The notes below the pieces were generated by a model. It was given only the letters and a program-made list of their open reading frames with translations, was not told the origin of the DNA and made no database searches. From Atractiella rhizophila (lineage: Eukaryota), in NCBI GenBank assembly GCA_021432655.1, contig MU271192.1, positions 62,001 to 126,000 on the forward strand: a DNA stretch of 64,000 bases. Direction: 5' to 3'. Positions 54,953-64,000 of the stretch are shown in pieces; the first letter of the stretch is position 1; the number at the start of each line of letters is the position of its first letter. The position numbers were made by a program, and so were the translations under genes.

Positions 54953-56430
54953 ATGGCTGAGTTTATTCCTTATGCTCAGAAGCCAGGATGGGAAGATGTC
55001 GTCCCTAAGCCTCAAGAGGAGGGCAGAGATCCATTATCTCCCATTGCGTACACGCAAGAATGTGAACCTTCACTTGTCTATCTCAGCAATCGAACTAACT
55101 GTCTACACGCAGACAGAGATGCCATGGATACATTCCGTGCTTTGGTGCACGCAGATGAGAAAAGCGAAAGGGCTCTCCAGCTGACAGAACATATAATCCG
55201 TAATGAGTTTATTCCTTATGCTCAGAAGCCAGGATGGGAAGATGTCGTCCCTAAGCCTCAAGAGGAGGGCAGAGATCCATTATCTCCCATTGCGTACACG
55301 CAAGAATGTGAACCTTCACCTGTCTATCTCAGCAATCGAACTAACTATCTACACGCAGACAGAGATGCCATGGATACATTCCGAGCTTTGGTGCACGCAG
55401 ATGAGAAAAGCGAAAGGGCTCTCCAGCTGACAGAACATATAATCCGTATGAATGCAGCGCATTATTCGGTCTGGTGAGTTCTGCTTGTATATTGGAATTG
55501 GGGCATAACTTAGTGGTATTCGAAGGGCGTATCGTTCTAGTATTCTTTTTGCTATCGAAGCAGATCTCTCGAAAGAGTTAGATCTGATGGATGAGCTGAT
55601 GAAGGAGCACATCAAAAGTTATCAAGTCTGGCAGGTGTCTGTTGAGGTGTCGACTTAAAGCCTTATTGTTGTGCAGGCAACACCGTCGGAATGTCGTGAC
55701 TAAGCTAAACCAGAGTGAGCGGGAGATACCCTTCATCAATCGAGTTCTCGCAGAAGATTCGAAGAATTACCACACATGGGCGTATCGCCAATGGGTTCTC
55801 TGCCACTTCGATCTCGAGGAGCTGTGGGCGAACGAGCTCGCTTTTGTTGATCAACTGTTGGAAGATGATGTGCGAAACAACTCAGCTTGGAATCATCGTT
55901 GGTTTTGTGTGTTTGAGAGGCCTGACGGTGGGAAGGATAACGTACACGCAGAGATTGAGTGCGTTTTGCTTCGTCCCTTCCATGCGGTAGCCTGATCCGT
56001 AATTACCACTTACAGATACTCGAAGGAAAAGATTCGCATTTCGCCCAGCAATCCAAGCTCTTGGAACTATTTGCGAGGGTGAGCAAGAGCCATGTTTATT
56101 ATCTGCGGGCTGACAATTACATAGCATACTCAATCTGACGAAGATGCCCTATTTTACGCTGAAGTCGTTTGCTGAAGAGTTCACGGTTGGAACAGCCATC
56201 AGTGTACCTGCAATGGAGTTTCTGGCGGACGCGTTGGTGGCTGAAGCTCGAAGCAAAGATGGCGCAGAAAAGGATAAGTCTCTTTCTGAAGCTCGTACTG
56301 TAAGTTCAAATTTCTCCTACGACCTTTGCTGATGATCGATGACGGGTAGATTTACCAATCTCTTGCTACTGAACTTGATCCTGTCAGGAGGCGGTACTGG
56401 GAGCATCGTCTCAACCTGGGAAAGCTATAA
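54953..56430 (+). CDS. RAM2: Farnesyl/geranylgeranyltransferase alpha subunit with duplicated N-terminus
   Basis: SERALQLT, NAAHYSVW, KSYQVW, DSKNYHTW, DVRNNSAW, PSNPSSWNYLRG (PPTA repeats). Confidence 0.92.
54958..55448 (+). repeat. 246-bp tandem duplication within RAM2
   Basis: 54958-55202 repeated at 55204-55448 with about three substitutions. Confidence 0.95.
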
Positions 56431-56701
56431 TGTGGATTGTATGGGTTTTGGTGCCTAATGTAAAAGTAAAGCAATGGAACTGGAAATTGGGTAGTCTCTG
56501 CTGTAATGCCACCTCAAACGCGGTAGTTGATTTCAAGCTGCCACTTTTGGTACATGAAGATGCATGTGAAGGACTGAGTGAGAATGGAATGGACCGAAAA
56601 AGAACAACTCGAATGAGGGTTTGGGATGAGGAGGGACAAACTGAACAACATCATCATCATTATTGTCCACACCGACCAACTCAAAACTCTGTCCGTTCAG
56701 T

Positions 56702-58174
56702 TCAACCACGACCTCTCATACTTCCCCTACCCCTACCTCTCGGGCCTCCGCGCTCAGCTCCACCGCCTCTTCCAGCCATCCCACCTCCCTTCCTCTTTTC
56801 CTCGATCAAAATGACAACTCCATCACCAATCTTGATTCCTCCCTCAGCCGCGCTCGTCTCGATGGCCTTCCTCGCATTGTCCACCGTGGTAAATTCGAGG
56901 AAGGCACAAGCTTTGCTGTGGACGACATCCAAATCCTTCACCGGCCCAAAGCGTTGGACCAAGAGATCCATCAGAGAGGATTCTTTAACAGAATCAACAA
57001 TTCCTTTTACAAAGCACTGAGGGCTCGTCACGGTAGAGGTGTTGGTATTGGTCGGACGAGATTGAGTCGTCGGCACGGAAGGGGTGTGAGGAGCAGCGGT
57101 GGATATCCCCCTGTTTTGGGCTGCTGCATTACCCCATTTTGTTGTGTTGGTCGCTGCTAAACTCGCCCAAGTCTTGGGACCCGAAGGAACGGGTGCCGGA
57201 GCAGGCTGAGTTGGAGCTGCAGGTCGGATTGTTGGAGAGGGGCGCGAGGGCTGCTGTTGCTGAACTGGTGCGGAAGGAGGTGGAGTCGGGGCGGGAGGCT
57301 CAACAGGTACAGGAGGTTCAGGCGCCGCTGGTTCTGGGGTCGGAGGTTGAATCGGTTCCTCTGGTTCTGGGACGGGAAGAGCCTCCGGCTCTGGCACAGG
57401 TTCAGGTTCTACCGCCTCAAGGGCGCCATTGACCTGGGGAGGAGATGGTTGAGGTGGTGTGGGAGGCAGCTCTTCGACAGTTTCGGGCAGGGGAGCCGAA
57501 GTGAAGGAAGGAACAGCAGATGGTTCCTGGGTTGGAATGGCGAGATCGTTGTGATGCTCCACTGCCCCATTGAGGAGATTTCCATTTTGTCCTTCGATCC
57601 CGTCCGCGGTTTGCTCTGGCTCAACATCCTCCTCACCTTCTTCCTTGATGTACCGAAAGATGTCGTTGAGCACGAAATAGCCGTTGGGCTGTTCGGCGAG
57701 GAAGAAGGTCTGAGCAAATTTACGCCAAGCTCCGCCTTTGTTCGACATCTCTCCTAAAACTTGGACGATGATTCCACCGTCTCCTGATGCCTGGCTGTCC
57801 ACGTTGGAGACGAAGACCTTGGTGTCAACCCATCCCAAACCCATAATCTTTTTATGAATCTCCTGCTTACTCGCTAAGGAGGATGACCCCACTGATAACA
57901 TGCAAGGGACGAACCTGTTGTCCATGACACGGTGTGGTGTCCTCCCCTTCAGTGCCATGGATGAGGGTCGAACGTTTGGTATAAAACATGTGCAGTCGAC
58001 CGGGATCACGGTTGACGAAACTGCGTAGCTCTCATGAGGACCTAAGAGACATCGAGCTCAGCAGACGCGTACGTATAATACTGAGGCACGAAAAGCTGTT
58101 TCCCCAATCAGAAATTTACGCCACTTGAAGGAAATGCTGCTGACCCATGCAATATTCTGCGCGGAAGTGGCCAT
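56702..58174 (-). CDS. NTF2 + RRM + RGG protein (G3BP/Bre5/Nxt3 family)
   Basis: FVPQYY, VDSQAS.DGGIIVQVLGEMSN, KFAQTFFLAEQPNGYFVLNDIFR, PKTWASLAA, RRM and RGG tail. Confidence 0.9.
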
Positions 58175-58578
58175 AATGGACTAGTAAAGGTACTTTTGAG
58201 ACGTTAAAGCGTAACGAAAAGAAAAAGTTGTGATAGTCGTTTCGACTTGGAAAAACTGCGCTTAGTCCAACTTAGTCAAAGTCCGCCCTGAAAACATTGA
58301 CTTTTCAAATTTGGCCACGTGGCGCTATTTAAACAGCAAATTCGCAAATTTAATTTCAATGAGCTGAGGAACGAAAGGCTTGTCAAAGTTCTGTAAGCAA
58401 AGCATCCCAATTGTTGGAGGACGGAACCATCATACATTCGAATATCGCCATTTTACTACCTACATGATCTAGAGTCTGTCATCAAAGCCTCTTGTCGATT
58501 TGTCCATCAAACAGTTTACCAACACCAAACATCCTAAGAAAAGAAAACAGCTTGTGCGGTAAAGCCTTAACCGCAGAA

Positions 58579-61094
<2,516 letters not shown>

Positions 61095-62042
61095 CGTGGA
61101 AACTGGTCAGTTGGAGTTCAGAAGTGGTTTTGCGCTGTCTCAAGAGGCTAGGCTTATATAGGCACTGCTGCAGCTCCCAACAAAGGAGACCTCTAAATAA
61201 GGTTACGCGCTTTATCGCAGTGATCTCACGAAACAACGAATATTCGATGTTCCTCCTCGGATGGCACTGGCATATCAGCCTCCTGAGAACCTCAAGGGTT
61301 TACGACGGAGCGTTCCAGCACCGCTGTGTGGGTTTCCACAGAAGGAACGAGCGAGGAGCTCCTGGCTTCTAACGACTTCCTGAACGTTCCTAAAATCAAG
61401 ATGGCTGCAGTCTTAAGACCCCATCTTGTCCAATTTGTTCTGGCTTCAAACTGCTTTTTTACATGATCATGTCATTGTCCACTGCTAGAACGAGGAGCAA
61501 CCCCTCTGCTAAATATCGTACTACTGAATCTTGAAAGAAGGGCCCTTCTTCAGGCAACTTGAAGCTGTTAGGTTACGGTTGAGATGGATTAACAATGAGT
61601 ATCTGATTATAATACATCCTGAACTTGGGTAGAAAAAGGAGTTGGTAGTTGGTACAATCAACAATCGCCATTCAATGTATGAGCAGAACCATGAGGGTAG
61701 TGAATCAATCAAGAGGCACTAATACGAATCTCTGATCTGTCTTGGGTATATTTTCTCAACGAAGGAAGAAGGAGGAAGAATCACTGAACCCTACTAATCA
61801 TTCGAGAATGTCAAACACGCAAAATGCCAGGTGAGCTCTAAGTAAGTGATTGCATTAGGCGACGAAAGAAAAAGAAATTCGAGAGACGGATAGTTCGACG
61901 AAAGAATATCAGAACGATTGTTCAACCGGATCAAAAAGAAAGAAAAATTTGGGAAAAAAGAACAGGGAAAATGAAGTGCAACTGTCTTGCCCATCTGTCC
62001 GATCAGCCTTGATTCGTGAGTTCAATAAAGAAATTGTCGATA

Positions 62043-63533
62043 TTAGCTTGTTTGTTGATAAAGGGAAGGATCCGAGGTTCGATTTTCCCGAAATTTTAGG
62101 TACACATGTCCAATTTGCTCGACTTCGTTCGAAAAACAAGTTGAAGGAGACTTTTGGGTTTGCCGAAGAGTGAGATAGGACATCATTCGACCCTGTCCGA
62201 GAGGTTGAGGAGGAGACTGGCGAGACAGCGCTTGGTCACGAGGTCGCCTTTTAGGAGAGGGGAGAATGTGGCGTCCCTCAACGGCTCGGGTAGGCAAGCT
62301 CTCAAAGCCTCCCTCGCTCTGTCACACATTCATTCCATTAATCCTTGTACAGCCCTAAAAGTGACGAGACGTACCTGAGATTATCGCTAAGGCGGAGGTA
62401 ACACCTGACGACATGCTTTAGTAGCCTGACCGCTTGAGTCTCCACCAGCTGATTGACCATATTGCTCAACACTGTTCCAACTGCGTAGAATCTCTCATAA
62501 GTCTGGCAGATGTAACTCAGCCCCATATCATCCAAGAGAATCTTCTGGACTATGAATATCGCGACCGTCTTCGAAAGTTCGGAACCAGTCTCCATGATCC
62601 TCAAACAGAGCGGGATAATCTCTGTCGAGAGGAGGAAGTTGATGACCTCGGAATTATCATTCTGCTTCACAAGCGCACCAATGACTCCGAGAGAGGTGAG
62701 ACGAAGGTACTCAAAAGGACGAGTCTTAGAAGTCGTGTTGAGGAAGGGGTATAGGAAGAGGGGGATGTGGGCGGATAGGAAGAGGTGACGAGTGTCGTTG
62801 TGAGAAGCGACGCATTGAAGGAGTGCTAGAGCATTGCACACGCGATTCGAGCTGTGGGCGGAGAGGGTTGGAGGGATTAAAAGAGGATAAACGGATACGA
62901 TCTCTTGCAGCAGAGAGGCCATGACACCTTCCGACCTTTCAACACGCCAATCTTGGAATTAAAAAGGGAGGACGTACCGAAGCTGTGCCATAGCACCAAC
63001 GCTAAATCATCATACTGTTCCCTTTTCTTGCTCAGCTCTAACAAGGCGCTCTCCCTCGTATTGGGATCCATAAGGTCAACGATGAGATAATAAACCGCCT
63101 CATTTTCCGCATTCCCTGCACCACCGGCACCAGCACCATGGGAGAGGAGAACCTTTCCTTGATGGTGTGTCGATATTCCACTTCCAATGCCATTCGCGTG
63201 GGCACCGTTTAAGGAGTTCACTCCAGAGTTCGTGATGCCGATTCCATTAAGCTGGGGACCTGCAAGTTGTGGGGGGTTCGTGGCAGGCGGCTGCCATGCT
63301 GACTCGTGGGAACCTAGGCCTGTTCCAATTTCACTCGTTCAGCGTGTACACGCTGCCCCAGGAAGATAAAACGGACCTTGATGATACTGGTGCGTACGCT
63401 GCTGCTGGAGTATTGGAGAGGGAGATCTCGCTGAGTGGAAGGCGTTGAGCACTCTGTTTGACTGGAGATTTGACTGGAGATTCTGGTTGCCCTGGACGTT
63501 GAAGTATTGAGACTGGGTGGGGTGGACAAGCAT
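62043..63533 (-). CDS. CAF40: CCR4-NOT subunit Caf40/Rcd1/CNOT9 (start uncertain)
   Basis: [52 protein letters not shown]. Confidence 0.93.
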
Positions 63534-63689
63534 CCTTCACAGGCACTCATAGGATGGAGCTGCTCAGGCGAGATCGTCGTTTTTTTGGGACGGGGTCCGC
63601 CACTTTGCCGCTTGAGTCAGTTGAAGGAAACGACGAATGGGAACGTTGACGAGTGGCTAAAAGCATCAAGGTGATATCTTGTGATAGCA

Positions 63690-64000
63690 TAAGAAACAAT
63701 GGAAGTAAGTATTTTGAGCTTTTTCTGAGTGTTAGGCGTTGAACATGAACAGGAGGACGATTATAACGACGGAGTCGACGTTGACGACCTCCTCCAACAA
63801 CCCACAACATCTTACGCCCTACCGTCACATAAAGACCCTAACAATGTTCTTGTGAATGAGCTCGAACGAAGGAAGCGCGCAAGGAAAATCGCTGTACCAA
63901 CGAACGATCAAGATGTCCGGAACAAGCTCAGGGAGATTCAAGAGCCCATGACGCTCTTTGGCGAAGGGCCAGCAGAAAGGAGGGAGAGGTTGAGATATCT
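63690..64000 (+). CDS. PRP4: U4/U6 snRNP protein Prp4, 5' part (runs off window)
   Basis: [45 protein letters not shown] (SFM/PRP4 motif). Confidence 0.85.

Noticed and set aside
61100..62040. ~900-bp gap between GFA1 and CAF40 with short ORFs
   Set aside because: Consistent with the GFA1 promoter and the CAF40 3' UTR; no tRNA or ncRNA signature recognised.

Overview
Eukaryotic, intron-rich fungal DNA. Gene sequences and short (~45-55 bp) introns suggest a basidiomycete; the taxon is an inference. Bases 1-10.4 kb are a transposon graveyard: a Helitron remnant, a 5'-truncated Ty1/copia RT-RNaseH element, four LTRs of that family, a gag remnant, a degraded hAT-like transposase, and a complete gag-only LTR element with a 5-bp TSD. 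Copy-to-copy changes there are concentrated at CpG. Bases 10.5-64 kb are gene-dense and mostly housekeeping: MPK1-type MAPK, bystin/ENP1, ARG5,6, TPT transporter, Pta1/symplekin, BTB+CAP-Gly protein, CCR4, ATP10, Pho4-like bHLH, XPG/FEN1-family nuclease, RPL19, ADE16/17, RAM2, G3BP-like, GFA1, CAF40 and PRP4. The standout is 30.2-41.7 kb. A single-RNase III + three-dsRBD gene converges on a DNMT1-type C5 DNA methyltransferase (RFD, BAH, BAH, catalytic motifs I-X), a candidate linked RNA/DNA silencing module. These two genes carry three tandem duplications (1520, 228 and ~2385 bp), and a fourth (246 bp) lies in RAM2. Exon boundaries were read by eye and are approximate; the duplications could be assembly or haplotype artefacts.
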